IMG/VR virus record: IMGVR_UViG_3300007625_000001 | DNA: 64,000 bases | Direction: 5' to 3' (one strand) | DNA from: an uncultured virus (IMG/VR IMGVR_UViG_3300007625_000001) | Taxonomy: Duplodnaviria; Heunggongvirae; Uroviricota; Caudoviricetes | In this document: positions 1 to 9,231 of the stretch, piece after piece | Position numbering within the stretch: position 1 is the first letter of the stretch | Layout of the letters: each line of letters starts with the position of its first letter | Made by a program: the position numbers and the translations under genes | The notes under the pieces: generated by a model | What the model saw: the letters and a program-made list of their open reading frames with translations, nothing else | Database searches by the model: none | Told to the model about the DNA's origin: nothing

Positions 1-161
1 ATACCGATGATCTCATTGAAGAGCTAAAGTCTCGTGATAGTGACTATGTCTATGGGAATAATGGTCTCATTGAAAAAATTTGGATCCTTCGTAGAGAGGG
101 TAGAGACTATCAGGTAGAGTTGGATTTGTTAATCTACAATACAATCGGAAAGATTATATGA
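1..161 (+). CDS. 3' end of a hypothetical phage protein (partial)
   Basis: Hand translation ...TDDLIEELKSRDS...LIYNTIGKII*; stop TGA 159-161 overlaps the next ATG (ATGA). Not in ORF track. Confidence 0.6.
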   Translation, partial: TDDLIEELKSRDSDYVYGNNGLIEKIWILRREGRDYQVELDLLIYNTIGKII

Positions 162-292
162 ACGAAGCATTGAAAGCGATAGCGATTGAAGCAGGTGCAC
201 CAGAGGAAGTACTTAACACTCTATGGTTTAACATCTTTTGTCAAAAGTTTGCACACCTGATTATTGAAGAACTTGAAAAGGAAATTGTATAA
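158..292 (+). CDS. small hypothetical protein (44 aa)
   Basis: Hand translation MNEALKAIAIEAGAPEEVLNTLWFNIFCQKFAHLIIEELEKEIV*; start and stop overlap neighbours on both sides. Confidence 0.65.
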   Translation: MNEALKAIAIEAGAPEEVLNTLWFNIFCQKFAHLIIEELEKEIV

Positions 293-525
293 TGAAACAG
301 TTATATTTGTCCAGACGTAATCTTCTTACCCTATTAAGTAAGTTAGATCGACTAGAGGATGGTGAAAGTACTGCATGTAGCATTATTAAATATGCTAATC
401 CAACGGATCCATATTGTAACACCATCGATAAGATTATGGTAACTGCAATTCCAGATGAATTGTTCTACACGAATCGTGCGCCTGGAGTTATGCATCCAAA
501 GGAAGAATTAGCCCTTAGGAGTTGA
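292..525 (+). CDS. hypothetical protein
   Basis: ORF track; TAATG coupling with upstream ORF. Confidence 0.7.
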   Translation: MKQLYLSRRNLLTLLSKLDRLEDGESTACSIIKYANPTDPYCNTIDKIMVTAIPDELFYTNRAPGVMHPKEELALRS

Positions 526-528
526 AGA

Positions 529-675
529 TTGTTCACAGCCTTAATAATCTTTCTTTCCCTAATAGGATTACAAGCACTAAGTATTGGTGTGACCCTGTAC
601 TTTAACAGATTTGGAATCTATGGGAGTGGAACATGGTTCGGCAGTGTTAAATACTTGACTAACAAGAAAATGTAA
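529..675 (+). CDS. small membrane protein (48 aa, TTG start)
   Basis: AGGAG at 517-521, TTG at 529; FTALIIFLSLIGLQALSIGVTLYF hydrophobic stretch; fills the gap between genes. Confidence 0.45.
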   Translation: MFTALIIFLSLIGLQALSIGVTLYFNRFGIYGSGTWFGSVKYLTNKKM

Positions 676-685
676 AGGATAATAT

Positions 686-865
686 ATGGTAGACTTTGAG
701 GTGAATCAGGTTGGATCTCTAAGCGAGTTACGTCTTGCACGTGCTCTTGGAAGAGTGATTGAGGAAGAATTGCAAAAAGGTAATTCACTTCCCGATGAGA
801 TAATGAGAGCGTATACAGAACTGTATGCACATTGGCAGTGGCAAATTAGCAAAGAACTATCATGA
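686..865 (+). CDS. hypothetical protein (59 aa)
   Basis: Hand translation MVDFEVNQVGSLSELRLARALGRVIEEE...WQWQISKELS*; ATGA overlap with 862 ORF. Confidence 0.6.
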   Translation: MVDFEVNQVGSLSELRLARALGRVIEEELQKGNSLPDEIMRAYTELYAHWQWQISKELS

Positions 866-1068
866 CCGAAAAGTATGGAATAACTGCAGACGACATGGCC
901 AGATGCTGGTGTGGTCGATCTCCCACTGGTAAGTGCGATGGATCCCATACCTTTACCGATGACCAGTGGGCAGAGATTAACTATGAGTTTAAGAAAGATA
1001 CCACTGGTAGTGCTCAAGACTCTTGGTTTAACAAGACCGATGATTACTGGAACAAGGATTTGAAATGA
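862..1068 (+). CDS. CDGSH iron-sulfur (NEET-like 2Fe-2S) domain protein
   Basis: CWCGRSPTGKCDGSH matches the CxC..S...CDGSH signature. Confidence 0.75.
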   Translation: MTEKYGITADDMARCWCGRSPTGKCDGSHTFTDDQWAEINYEFKKDTTGSAQDSWFNKTDDYWNKDLK

Positions 1069-1280
1069 TTACTGATATAAACACACTTGTATTAAAAATA
1101 GATGATTTATTAAGTAAAATGCTTGTTGATCATGACATAGATCCACTACATCTATCATCTATCATTCTTGCTCGTTTGGTAAGGATGAATCAAGAATTTG
1201 AAAGTCATGATGACTTTAATAAGATCATGAATGCAGCAATATTGAAAAGACCTGCTGATCATGAAAGGACACTACAATAA
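1065..1280 (+). CDS. hypothetical protein
   Basis: ORF track; overlapping start/stop. Confidence 0.7.
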   Translation: MITDINTLVLKIDDLLSKMLVDHDIDPLHLSSIILARLVRMNQEFESHDDFNKIMNAAILKRPADHERTLQ

Positions 1281-1498
1281 TGTCTTACTCTCGTTGGGGT
1301 GGCTCTGCATGGTATGCATTCTACAATGTAAGCGAGTGCCTTAGCCTTTGGTATGATATGGCGCACACGATTGATCATACTTACGATGAGTGTCTTGATT
1401 TAACGGTATCGAAGATTATGGAGATTTATGGTTGCACAGAAACAGAAGCACTGGAAGCCATGAACTATGTTAGAAATTTTATTGAGGATAAAGTATGA
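1280..1498 (+). CDS. hypothetical protein
   Basis: ORF track; AGGA upstream; coupled to neighbours. Confidence 0.7.
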   Translation: MSYSRWGGSAWYAFYNVSECLSLWYDMAHTIDHTYDECLDLTVSKIMEIYGCTETEALEAMNYVRNFIEDKV

Positions 1499-1839
1499 GT
1501 CTTGATGTTGATTTGATGGTTACACAACCATGCTCTGTTTACAACGCAAACATTACGCACAATCTTAATACGATGGCTGGTGAGGTAAAGTTGTCCAATG
1601 GTATGACACTATATCAGGTGCTATGGCGTCCAGATGAGCAGGTTGGATTAAAGTTTGCTCGAGATATCTCAGAGTTGTTAGATGAAGGTTGGAATATTTT
1701 GCTTTCCGACCCAGAGAAATATAAGAGATATAATCCAGAGAATGGTTGGGGTGACTATGAAGGACTCTGTAATTTTGTTTACAAGTATCGTAACGCATGC
1801 TGGGATAATCCAGAAGCAGAACTAAGGATATCAAGATGA
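1495..1839 (+). CDS. conserved phage hypothetical protein
   Basis: NITHNL..MA and NPENGWGDYEGL motifs that I recall from phage hypothetical proteins; GAGGA SD. Confidence 0.75.
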   Translation: MSLDVDLMVTQPCSVYNANITHNLNTMAGEVKLSNGMTLYQVLWRPDEQVGLKFARDISELLDEGWNILLSDPEKYKRYNPENGWGDYEGLCNFVYKYRNACWDNPEAELRISR

Positions 1840-2171
1840 TCGCATTAAGTATGGACTTTGAAACGGCAGATCGTATCACACGATTGACACTAACTGAGCA
1901 TCGAGATCTTTTACAATATCAGTTGGATGAATACTACGCAACACAGGATAGCGAAAATCCTAAGTGGTTACATCCAGAAGATGTTGGTAAGAATCATCTC
2001 ATGATCAAAAAGATGAATTACATCCTAGAATATTATGGTGGAGAATTATATGGCGAATGTAAAGCAAGGAAATATAAAGAGAGCACCTCAATGGTGGAAG
2101 CATCTGAGAGACTGGAAGCGTATTTTCTGGAAGTCGGAAAGAAAAGCGCAGAAGAAAGCCATCCAGAATGA
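1836..2171 (+). CDS. hypothetical protein; C-terminal third overlaps another probable gene
   Basis: ORF track; see finding at 2050-2184. Confidence 0.65.
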   Translation: MIALSMDFETADRITRLTLTEHRDLLQYQLDEYYATQDSENPKWLHPEDVGKNHLMIKKMNYILEYYGGELYGECKARKYKESTSMVEASERLEAYFLEVGKKSAEESHPE

Positions 2172-2184
2172 TTCGAGTAATTAA
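2050..2184 (+). CDS. small basic Trp-rich protein (44 aa)
   Basis: GGAG at 2040-2043, ATG 2050; MANVKQGNIKRAPQWWKHLRDWKRIFWKSERKAQKKAIQNDSSN*. Confidence 0.55.
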   Translation: MANVKQGNIKRAPQWWKHLRDWKRIFWKSERKAQKKAIQNDSSN

Positions 2185-2665
2185 ACATGCCTTACCACTA
2201 ACACTCATGAAAGAGTGTTTGGTGGAATCGCAGAAGCAGTTTCTTGGTAAAGAACTAAGGACTAACTGTGGTTGGGGGCAGGAATTGGTGCAGGAAAGTT
2301 CACCAGTGTTTATCTACGATCTCCCCGATGAATCTTTAAAAGAATCGATAGTAAGGGTTATTGGATCTGTGAAAGAAGTTCCAGAATTCACTGATACTAA
2401 TGTAATGTTCCACTACTGGACTAGAGGTTCTTATATTCCATGGCATACTGATGAGGGATATAAAGCTGGAATTACAATTTATCTAAATGATACATGGGGT
2501 CGTGATGATGGTGGATTATTTCTTTACCGAGAAAATGATGAGATTAAAGGATTAATTCCAGAGTTTAATATGATGGTAGTTCAGGTTGGAGGAACAGACC
2601 ACACAGTAACTCCAATTATTCGAGTCGGTGCAATTCGTGCATCTATTCAAATTTTCTTAAAATAG
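2168..2665 (+). CDS. 2OG-Fe(II) oxygenase (prolyl-hydroxylase-like)
   Basis: WHTD, TIYLN..W...GG, distal H (TDHTV), RxS (RASIQ). Confidence 0.85.
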   Translation: MIRVIKHALPLTLMKECLVESQKQFLGKELRTNCGWGQELVQESSPVFIYDLPDESLKESIVRVIGSVKEVPEFTDTNVMFHYWTRGSYIPWHTDEGYKAGITIYLNDTWGRDDGGLFLYRENDEIKGLIPEFNMMVVQVGGTDHTVTPIIRVGAIRASIQIFLK

Positions 2666-2668
2666 TTG

Positions 2669-2697
2669 TTGTCTTTTATTCGGATCTGGGGTATAAT
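2669..2697 (+). promoter_or_regulatory. sigma70-type promoter TTGTCT-N17-TATAAT
   Basis: Motif read directly; ATG of next gene 6 nt after the -10 box. Confidence 0.7.
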
Positions 2698-2703
2698 ATA
2701 AGT

Positions 2704-3297
2704 ATGAAAGAACATATTGTAAACAAAGAAAACATATTCATCATGGGCTGGTATATTGATCCAGCACTGTGCGATATGCTAATCGAGTATTATAATTTTA
2801 ATCCACATAAGTGGGAAGATGGTGTTACTAAGTCAGGTGATGTAGATCATTCTATTAAACACTCGACTGATTTACATTTAAACATCGATGAATTAATGCA
2901 AATGCAATATGCCAATGCATTACAAGAATGTGTTGCGTTATACATGGAAAAATGGAAAACTTCTGGGATGACTGGTGTTCTGCCAGTAGAAGGTATGAAT
3001 ATACAAAAGTATCCTGCTGGTGGTGGATTTAAAACATGGCACTTTGAAAGATCTAAAGCAAGTGAACCAAATTGCAATAGACACTTAGTGTTTATGACTT
3101 ATCTAAATGATGTAGCAGAAGGTGGTGGAACAGAATTTGCCCACCAACGTGAAGTGCGTGGTACAACTGCATTAAAAGCAGAAAAGGGTTTAACAGTAAT
3201 TTGGCCAGCAGACTGGACACATACACATAGGGGCATTGTTGCTCCGAATGAAGAAAAAATTATCGCAACTGGATGGTTGCACTTAACTGAGAAATGA
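2704..3297 (+). CDS. 2OG-Fe(II) oxygenase
   Basis: WHFE, FMTYLNDV.EGGGTEF, WPADWTHTHRG, KxIATGW. Confidence 0.85.
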   Translation: MKEHIVNKENIFIMGWYIDPALCDMLIEYYNFNPHKWEDGVTKSGDVDHSIKHSTDLHLNIDELMQMQYANALQECVALYMEKWKTSGMTGVLPVEGMNIQKYPAGGGFKTWHFERSKASEPNCNRHLVFMTYLNDVAEGGGTEFAHQREVRGTTALKAEKGLTVIWPADWTHTHRGIVAPNEEKIIATGWLHLTEK

Positions 3298-4184
3298 AAA
3301 TGAAAATCGCAATTTGTTCTGATGTACATTTAGAATTCGGTGACCTTATGTTACAAAACACTGAGGGTGCGGAAGTGCTTGTGCTTAGTGGTGACATCAT
3401 GGTTACTGCTGATCTTGGCAAACCAGATCCACACAACTTCTTAGAAGGTGCTAAGAGTCAGAGATTTATTGACTTCTTTAAGCGTTGCTCATTCCAGTTT
3501 CCCCATGTTGTTTATGTTATGGGTAATCATGAGCACTACCATGGTGATTACGCCATTAGTGCAAGCAAAATTCGTACTATGTTAAAAGATCATAGTTTAG
3601 ACAATGTTCACTTTCTTGAAAAACAAGTTTGGGATCATGGTGACTATCGTTTTGTCGGTGGAACACTCTGGACTGATATGAATGGTGAAGATGGCATGAC
3701 CATGCAACATGTGTCACGTCGTATGAATGACTTTCAGATTTGTGAAAACAGTAATCGAGAGGTCAACTACAGAGTATTTGATGCTGATGATGCTGACAAT
3801 AAGAAAGTTAAATTTAAGACTCGCCCAGCAACTTTGTCTCCAGAAGATGTAGTCGAAGATCATAAAGCAATGTTGACTCTGATTGATGAAACATACAAAG
3901 TCACTCCTCCATGGATGACAATGGTTGTTGTTGGTCATCATGCTCCAAGCAAAGGTTCTGAGCATCCACGTTACAAGCATGATCAATTGATGAATGGTGC
4001 ATACAATTCTAGACTTGAAGATTTTATTCTTGCTCGTCCAGGAATTAAATTGTGGACTCATGGTCATACTCACGAAGACTTTGATTATATGATTGGTAGC
4101 ACTCGTGTTGTTTGCAATCCTCGTGGTTACATCAACTACGAAGAACGTGCTGATCGATTTGAACTAAAGGTAGTTGGAGTATGA
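3294..4184 (+). CDS. calcineurin-like metallophosphoesterase
   Basis: SDVHLE, LSGDI, MGNHEHY, GHH, HGHTH motifs. Confidence 0.9.
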   Translation: MKMKIAICSDVHLEFGDLMLQNTEGAEVLVLSGDIMVTADLGKPDPHNFLEGAKSQRFIDFFKRCSFQFPHVVYVMGNHEHYHGDYAISASKIRTMLKDHSLDNVHFLEKQVWDHGDYRFVGGTLWTDMNGEDGMTMQHVSRRMNDFQICENSNREVNYRVFDADDADNKKVKFKTRPATLSPEDVVEDHKAMLTLIDETYKVTPPWMTMVVVGHHAPSKGSEHPRYKHDQLMNGAYNSRLEDFILARPGIKLWTHGHTHEDFDYMIGSTRVVCNPRGYINYEERADRFELKVVGV

Positions 4185-4342
4185 ATGTGCAACGCTATGT
4201 TAGAGATGTTACATTTGAGTGTGACAACCTTACATTGTGGGAAGGTATGTTACTCAAGGATATTGTCGAAGCATTATCAAAAGGAAAAAAAGTGAAAATT
4301 GAAACCGATGAAGAATTTGAAGCGAGAATAAAGCATGAGTGA
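4181..4342 (+). CDS. small hypothetical protein (53 aa)
   Basis: Hand translation MNVQRYVRDVTFECDNL...EARIKHE*; ATGA coupling; fills gap. Confidence 0.6.
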   Translation: MNVQRYVRDVTFECDNLTLWEGMLLKDIVEALSKGKKVKIETDEEFEARIKHE

Positions 4343-4670
4343 TTACAGACCAGACAAGTGGGTGATTGTTAAGATTACCTCTGACAAATATCCACCAGTC
4401 CATAAGGTGTTTGCCTGTTGGTATGGTGGATATCTTGGCTCTGATTCTTGGAAACTAAACAGTGGTATTACCAAGGCTACTCTTGAAGGATATGTTTATT
4501 CCTTTGAGGGTAGTTCTGGTTCTATCTATGAATGCCATGAAGATTCTTATGGAACAAATTTTTATGGTAGTGGTGTTCTTCAGAATATGATTGATAAGGC
4601 TGCATCGATTGGTGCCACTATTGAAATTCTTCCAGAAGAAACAAATTGGTTAGAGATAAATTATGAATAA
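4335..4670 (+). CDS. conserved phage hypothetical protein
   Basis: PDKWV...W.GGYL.SDSWKLNSGI motif recalled from T4-like phages. Confidence 0.75.
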   Translation: MSDYRPDKWVIVKITSDKYPPVHKVFACWYGGYLGSDSWKLNSGITKATLEGYVYSFEGSSGSIYECHEDSYGTNFYGSGVLQNMIDKAASIGATIEILPEETNWLEINYE

Positions 4671-4857
4671 TCATTGGACAATTACACTTGAAGAAGATCC
4701 CGCAACAGGAGATCTGATTATGCCATTCACACCTGATATGTTACGTCAGGTTGGATGGGATCTTGGCGACACGCTAATTTGGGAAGATATGGGCAATGGC
4801 TCATGGACATTAACTAAAAAGGAAATTGATAATGCCGAAATTCACACTGATAGCTGA
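4663..4857 (+). CDS. AbrB/MazE-like small DNA-binding protein
   Basis: GDLIMPF.PDML.QVGW..GDTL.W pattern of the swapped-hairpin fold. Confidence 0.6.
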   Translation: MNNHWTITLEEDPATGDLIMPFTPDMLRQVGWDLGDTLIWEDMGNGSWTLTKKEIDNAEIHTDS

Positions 4858-5161
4858 ACACACAGACATATATGGAGAACCAGATGGTACTAAAGTGAAC
4901 TATGAATTTCATGGTACATATTTACCAGAAATTCTAGAACATGTTGACTTATTCCTTAAAGGATGCGGTTTCAATCCAACTGGGACTCTTGACTATGTTC
5001 CTGATGAAGAATATTATGGTATACCATCTGACACAGAAGAATCAACATGGAATGATCATGGTGGTGGATCAACCATGGCAGATTATCCAGAATTGTATGA
5101 TGAACAAGATTTAGTTAAAACAAAATCTAAACACTACTTTGATACTGAGAGGAATAAATGA
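4832..5161 (+). CDS. acidic hypothetical protein
   Basis: ORF track 4826..5161; likely start ATG 4832 after AAGGA. Confidence 0.7.
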   Translation: MPKFTLIAEHTDIYGEPDGTKVNYEFHGTYLPEILEHVDLFLKGCGFNPTGTLDYVPDEEYYGIPSDTEESTWNDHGGGSTMADYPELYDEQDLVKTKSKHYFDTERNK

Positions 5162-5529
5162 TGGGAATGCCACTTGATGTCATGATGTTTCAACAAGCAT
5201 GCGATCAACAACCTTCAGAGAATAATGCATCATTATACATTAAACTGATTGAAGAAGAATATAAAGAATTTGTTGAAGCATGCAATAATGCTGATGAAGT
5301 AGAATCTCTTGATGCATGTATGGATATGATCTGGGTAATTCTGGGATATTGTCATATGAAACAACATAATGTTGCTGGCGCATGGGATGAAGTGCTTCGT
5401 AGCAATATGGCGAAAGTAGATCCGCTTAGTGGCAAGGTGCGTCGTCGTGAAGATGGCAAAATTCTTAAACCAGAAGGATGGAAACCACCTAATTTAACAA
5501 AATTTGTGAAAAACCTTGACAATAATTGA
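5158..5529 (+). CDS. MazG-like NTP pyrophosphohydrolase
   Basis: LIEEEYKE...D..MD, EV.RSNM.K, R.DGKILKP..W motifs. Confidence 0.8.
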   Translation: MMGMPLDVMMFQQACDQQPSENNASLYIKLIEEEYKEFVEACNNADEVESLDACMDMIWVILGYCHMKQHNVAGAWDEVLRSNMAKVDPLSGKVRRREDGKILKPEGWKPPNLTKFVKNLDNN

Positions 5530-5544
5530 AATTTCAGGTATAAT
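5516..5544 (+). promoter_or_regulatory. sigma70-type promoter TTGACA-N17-TATAAT
   Basis: Perfect consensus; ATG 6 nt downstream. Confidence 0.85.
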
Positions 5545-5550
5545 TACATT

Positions 5551-6075
5551 ATGATTACACTTTACTTAGACATGGATGGCGTGCTTTGCAACTTTGACAA
5601 GGCATATCGCAAACTAGACCCCGAAAAAGCTGATCGAAAGAAGTTTCGTGAAGCTGTTTTCACATATAAAATCTTTGAAGATCTGGAATTTATGCCAGAT
5701 ACCACAGAATTAATGAACTATGTGTCAAAACTTGAAGGAATTACCATCGAAATTCTCACTTCAATGGGTACTTATGATGCAGAACAAGGAAATGCTGCAA
5801 GATATCAAAAAATGAGGTGGTTGGACAGCAAAAATATCCCTTATAAAGCCAATTTTGTTCGAGCCAAACAGGAAAAAGCGAATTTTGCACATGATCATGC
5901 GATTTTAGTTGATGATTCCATCGGTTGCATCACTCCATTCAATGCAAAAGGTGGTCACGGCATTCTTCACACAAAATCTTCTGATACAATTCAACAAATT
6001 CATGATACAATTCGTGGAATTCGTGGATTAAGTGCTTTAAAATTTGGATATGACTCAATGGGTTCTTATGCTTGA
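5551..6075 (+). CDS. HAD-family 5'(3')-deoxyribonucleotidase-like protein
   Basis: YLDMDGVL.NF (DxD), ILTS, ILVDD motifs. Confidence 0.8.
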   Translation: MITLYLDMDGVLCNFDKAYRKLDPEKADRKKFREAVFTYKIFEDLEFMPDTTELMNYVSKLEGITIEILTSMGTYDAEQGNAARYQKMRWLDSKNIPYKANFVRAKQEKANFAHDHAILVDDSIGCITPFNAKGGHGILHTKSSDTIQQIHDTIRGIRGLSALKFGYDSMGSYA

Positions 6076-6358
6076 TGTATTTCAACCAACTTTTCAATGG
6101 ATAAAAGATGATTATCGATCTCATTCCTTTCGTTTTGCTGTTGAGTTGCTTGCTTGGGCTATTAGCATTGGTTGTGCGATCACTATGGCTGTCACAGTTC
6201 CCAATCCCCCTTTATTGGCTCTTTATCCTGTTTGGATCTCTGGTTGTGCCATGTACGCTTGGGCTGCTTATACTAGGAAATCATTTGGCATGCTTGTTAA
6301 CTACCTCTTGTTAGTAGCAATTGATATGTTTGGTTTGTTTCGGATGCTTACTCAGTGA
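6068..6358 (+). CDS. small multi-pass membrane protein
   Basis: About three hydrophobic segments; likely start ATG 6068. Confidence 0.7.
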   Translation: MLDVFQPTFQWIKDDYRSHSFRFAVELLAWAISIGCAITMAVTVPNPPLLALYPVWISGCAMYAWAAYTRKSFGMLVNYLLLVAIDMFGLFRMLTQ

Positions 6359-6966
6359 ATATATTTTATCTTCACGAAGATACTAAAGAATGTGCAAAAC
6401 AACATCTTGACAAACATGTCGTTAAGATGATTCTAGAATACGCACAACTTTTGTCCACTGCTCATCGTCTTCTTGATGGGTATGAGTATGAAGGTAAGTC
6501 TATTTCTGGTCGCAAAGCAATGCGATGGAAATTAGATGATTCTCGTGAAGATAATTTGTATCTTGCATCGCATATGAAACACCCATCTGGTATTTGGTGT
6601 CGTCAATCACAAGATAATTATTGGTGGTTATATAATCTGTGGCGAGATCTTATGAAAGAATATACATTTCGTTATGGTAAGCATCATGTCGCAGAAAGAT
6701 TGATTCCATTCTTATCTTTTGCGCCAACTAATATAACAGAAAGTATTGCAACTCCAATGCCACAGTGCATGCCAGAGCAATATAAAGTACCAACTGATTC
6801 TATTCAAGCATACCACAACTACTATATTAATGACAAACAACCATTTGCTGTTTGGACAAATAGACCAATTCCAGAGTGGTATGTTTGTGAGTGGAAAAAT
6901 AGAAACCACAAAGCAGTATATCAAAAACAAAACGATAAAATAAAATTTAGAATGGTTCCTGCTTAA
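6355..6966 (+). CDS. pyrimidine-dimer DNA glycosylase (DenV)-like protein
   Basis: MNIFYL....CA..H.DKHVVKMILEYAQLLSTAH, HP..IW, EYTFRYGK.H, AY.NYY..K. Confidence 0.75.
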   Translation: MNIFYLHEDTKECAKQHLDKHVVKMILEYAQLLSTAHRLLDGYEYEGKSISGRKAMRWKLDDSREDNLYLASHMKHPSGIWCRQSQDNYWWLYNLWRDLMKEYTFRYGKHHVAERLIPFLSFAPTNITESIATPMPQCMPEQYKVPTDSIQAYHNYYINDKQPFAVWTNRPIPEWYVCEWKNRNHKAVYQKQNDKIKFRMVPA

Positions 6967-7569
6967 ATGCAATACATAAATTTATTTCCAACACCATTGT
7001 TTATTGATGATCAATTAGTCCTTGCAAAAGAAATTCTACCTGTCGCTGAAGATTATATAAACCAACATGGTATTAAATATCTTGGACAGGAATCGTACGA
7101 TTCTACTTATAGCATTAACTCTGCATCACTTTTGCAACAAAATGATTTTAGATTAAATAAACTTAATAATTATATAAGCACTGTCTCTAGAAAATACTTT
7201 GCAGATAATTGTATAGATTCTAGTATGTGGACTCTTAAACCATATTATCTGTTTAATAAAATAAAAGCAGGTGGCACTCATCAAGCGCATACCCATCCAG
7301 GATCTATACTTTCTGGATGTTTTTATTTAAAAGTCCCACAGAATTCTCCACCAATAATTTTTAATGATCCCAGAGTTTACTGGAAATTTATACATTATGC
7401 TATTAATTTCGGGAGACCCCGAGAAGATTATAAATTACTACCTGAGTATGTGATTAATCCGATCGAAGGAACATTTTTAATGTGGCCAAGTTGGTTAGAG
7501 CACCAAGTACCTACAAGTATTAGTTCTGAAGAGCGAATTTGTGTCGCTTTCAATCTTAATCCGAACTAA
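6967..7569 (+). CDS. putative 2OG-Fe(II) oxygenase (TIGR02466-like)
   Basis: LFPTP start, HTHP.S.LSG.FY, F.DPR, WPSWLEH, ERICVAFN. Confidence 0.8.
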   Translation: MQYINLFPTPLFIDDQLVLAKEILPVAEDYINQHGIKYLGQESYDSTYSINSASLLQQNDFRLNKLNNYISTVSRKYFADNCIDSSMWTLKPYYLFNKIKAGGTHQAHTHPGSILSGCFYLKVPQNSPPIIFNDPRVYWKFIHYAINFGRPREDYKLLPEYVINPIEGTFLMWPSWLEHQVPTSISSEERICVAFNLNPN

Positions 7570-7572
7570 ATA
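7566..7572 (+). promoter_or_regulatory. T4-type late promoter-like motif (C/A)TAAATA
   Basis: CTAAATA before the FmdB-like/PhoH/lysin genes; the same motif recurs before many late genes. Confidence 0.55.
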
Positions 7573-7588
7573 AAACGAAGGAGTTATT

Positions 7589-7837
7589 ATGCCAACTTAT
7601 GTATTTCGTAATAAAGAAACTGGTGAACAGTTTGAAAAATTGATGAAGATCTCAGAACTCGACTCATTCAGAGCCGACAATCCCCAATTAGAAACAGTAA
7701 TTCAAGCAGTGTCATTTGGAGATCCCACTAAATTAAGTTCAACACGTAAATTTGATACTGGATTTAAAGAAGTCCTACAAAGGATACATGAAAAAACTCC
7801 AGGAAGTCAATTAGATAAGTCATCTTCACAACTATAA
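7589..7837 (+). CDS. FmdB-like regulatory protein (Cys-less variant)
   Basis: MPTY.F....TGE.FE..M pattern; AGGAG SD. Confidence 0.65.
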   Translation: MPTYVFRNKETGEQFEKLMKISELDSFRADNPQLETVIQAVSFGDPTKLSSTRKFDTGFKEVLQRIHEKTPGSQLDKSSSQL

Positions 7838-7846
7838 GGAATTCTA

Positions 7847-8614
7847 ATGGCTCGTACCACAGCAGCAAAAAAAGTAATAGATCTACATAATGAAGAACGT
7901 GAGTCAAAGCCAGTTGCTAGTAATCAATTAAAATTACGATTAGATAATTTAAAAACATTTCAACCATTAACAGATAATCAAAAAAAATTCTTCGATGCTT
8001 ATAAACTAGGTGACTACTTTATAGCATTGCATGGTGTCGCAGGAACAGGTAAAACTTTTATCGCACTTTATAAAGCAATAGAAGAAGTTCTCGATAAAAA
8101 TAATCCATTCAATAAAATTATTGTAGTTCGATCTGCAGTACAATCACGTGAGATGGGACATCTTCCAGGAGATGTAGGTGAGAAGATGGAAATCTATGAA
8201 CAACCTTATCGTCAAATCTGTCACCAGTTTTTTGATCGCAAAGATGCATGGGATCGTTTAGAAGAACAGGGTCATATTAGTTTTATCTCTACATCTTTTA
8301 TTCGTGGTATGTCATTTGATAATGCTATTATTATTGTTGATGAGATGCAGAACTTAACTTATGAAGAGATTGATACAGTTATGACTCGTGTGGGACATAT
8401 GTCTAAAATTCTTTGGTGTGGTGATTATCGTCAAACTGATCTAAATAAGAAACGTAATGATATGTCAGGTATTCTTAAATTCTTTGATATCGCTCAGCAT
8501 ATGAAAGCATTTACTCGTATTGAGTTTACTGTAGACGATATTGTTCGGTCATCCTTAGTCAAGGATTATATTTTGGCTAAACTAAAATACGAAGATTACG
8601 AGGACAGAAAATGA
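7847..8614 (+). CDS. phoH: PhoH-family ATPase
   Basis: GVAGTGKT, GHLPGD..EK, FIRGMSF.NAIIIVDEMQN, TRVG..SK..CGD..QTDL. Confidence 0.95.
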   Translation: MARTTAAKKVIDLHNEERESKPVASNQLKLRLDNLKTFQPLTDNQKKFFDAYKLGDYFIALHGVAGTGKTFIALYKAIEEVLDKNNPFNKIIVVRSAVQSREMGHLPGDVGEKMEIYEQPYRQICHQFFDRKDAWDRLEEQGHISFISTSFIRGMSFDNAIIIVDEMQNLTYEEIDTVMTRVGHMSKILWCGDYRQTDLNKKRNDMSGILKFFDIAQHMKAFTRIEFTVDDIVRSSLVKDYILAKLKYEDYEDRK

Positions 8615-9231
8615 TAACATCAGAACAATTTCACCATCTATTTCCAAGAGCACAAGACCCAACATCATGGGCAGAGTCTATGTGTAATGTATTTCCAACA
8701 TATGATATAACAACACCAAAACGTGTGGCAGCATTCCTCGCTCAGTGCGGTCATGAGTCTGGTGGTTGGACAGTGTTTGAAGAAAACCTTAACTATTCAG
8801 CACAAGGATTAAATGGTATCTTCAAGAAGTATTTTCCTACACTTGAATCTGCACAACCTTATGCACGCAAACCAGAAATGATTGCCAATAAGATCTATGC
8901 TAATCGTATGGGTAATGGCGCACCAGAATCAGGTGATGGATATAGGTTTCGTGGTCGTGGACCAATTCAACTAACTGGTCGTGCAAACTATACAGCATTT
9001 GCTAAAGAGATGTTTGAAGACTGGCAGAATGTGGTAGATAATCCTGACTGGGTTACTGCTGATCGTGATTTTGCTCTTATGTCAGCTATTTGGTTCTGGA
9101 ATAAAAATGGACTAAACAAAGAAGCAGACGCAGGTGATCTAAAATTAATGACCAAAAAGATTAATGGTGGTTACATTGGACTTGAAGATCGCATTAAACA
9201 TTATAATGAGTGTATTGATTTACTTACCTAA
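8611..9231 (+). CDS. GH19 (chitinase-like) endolysin
   Basis: FLAQCGHESGG, ENLNYS, YRFRGRGPIQLTGRANY, SAIWFW, INGG..GLEDR. Confidence 0.9.
   Translation: MITSEQFHHLFPRAQDPTSWAESMCNVFPTYDITTPKRVAAFLAQCGHESGGWTVFEENLNYSAQGLNGIFKKYFPTLESAQPYARKPEMIANKIYANRMGNGAPESGDGYRFRGRGPIQLTGRANYTAFAKEMFEDWQNVVDNPDWVTADRDFALMSAIWFWNKNGLNKEADAGDLKLMTKKINGGYIGLEDRIKHYNECIDLLT

Noticed and set aside
292..675. UGA read-through or recoding fusing ORF 292-525 to the in-frame downstream ORF
   Set aside because: An AGGAG plus TTG start explains the second ORF, and TGA is used as a normal stop throughout.
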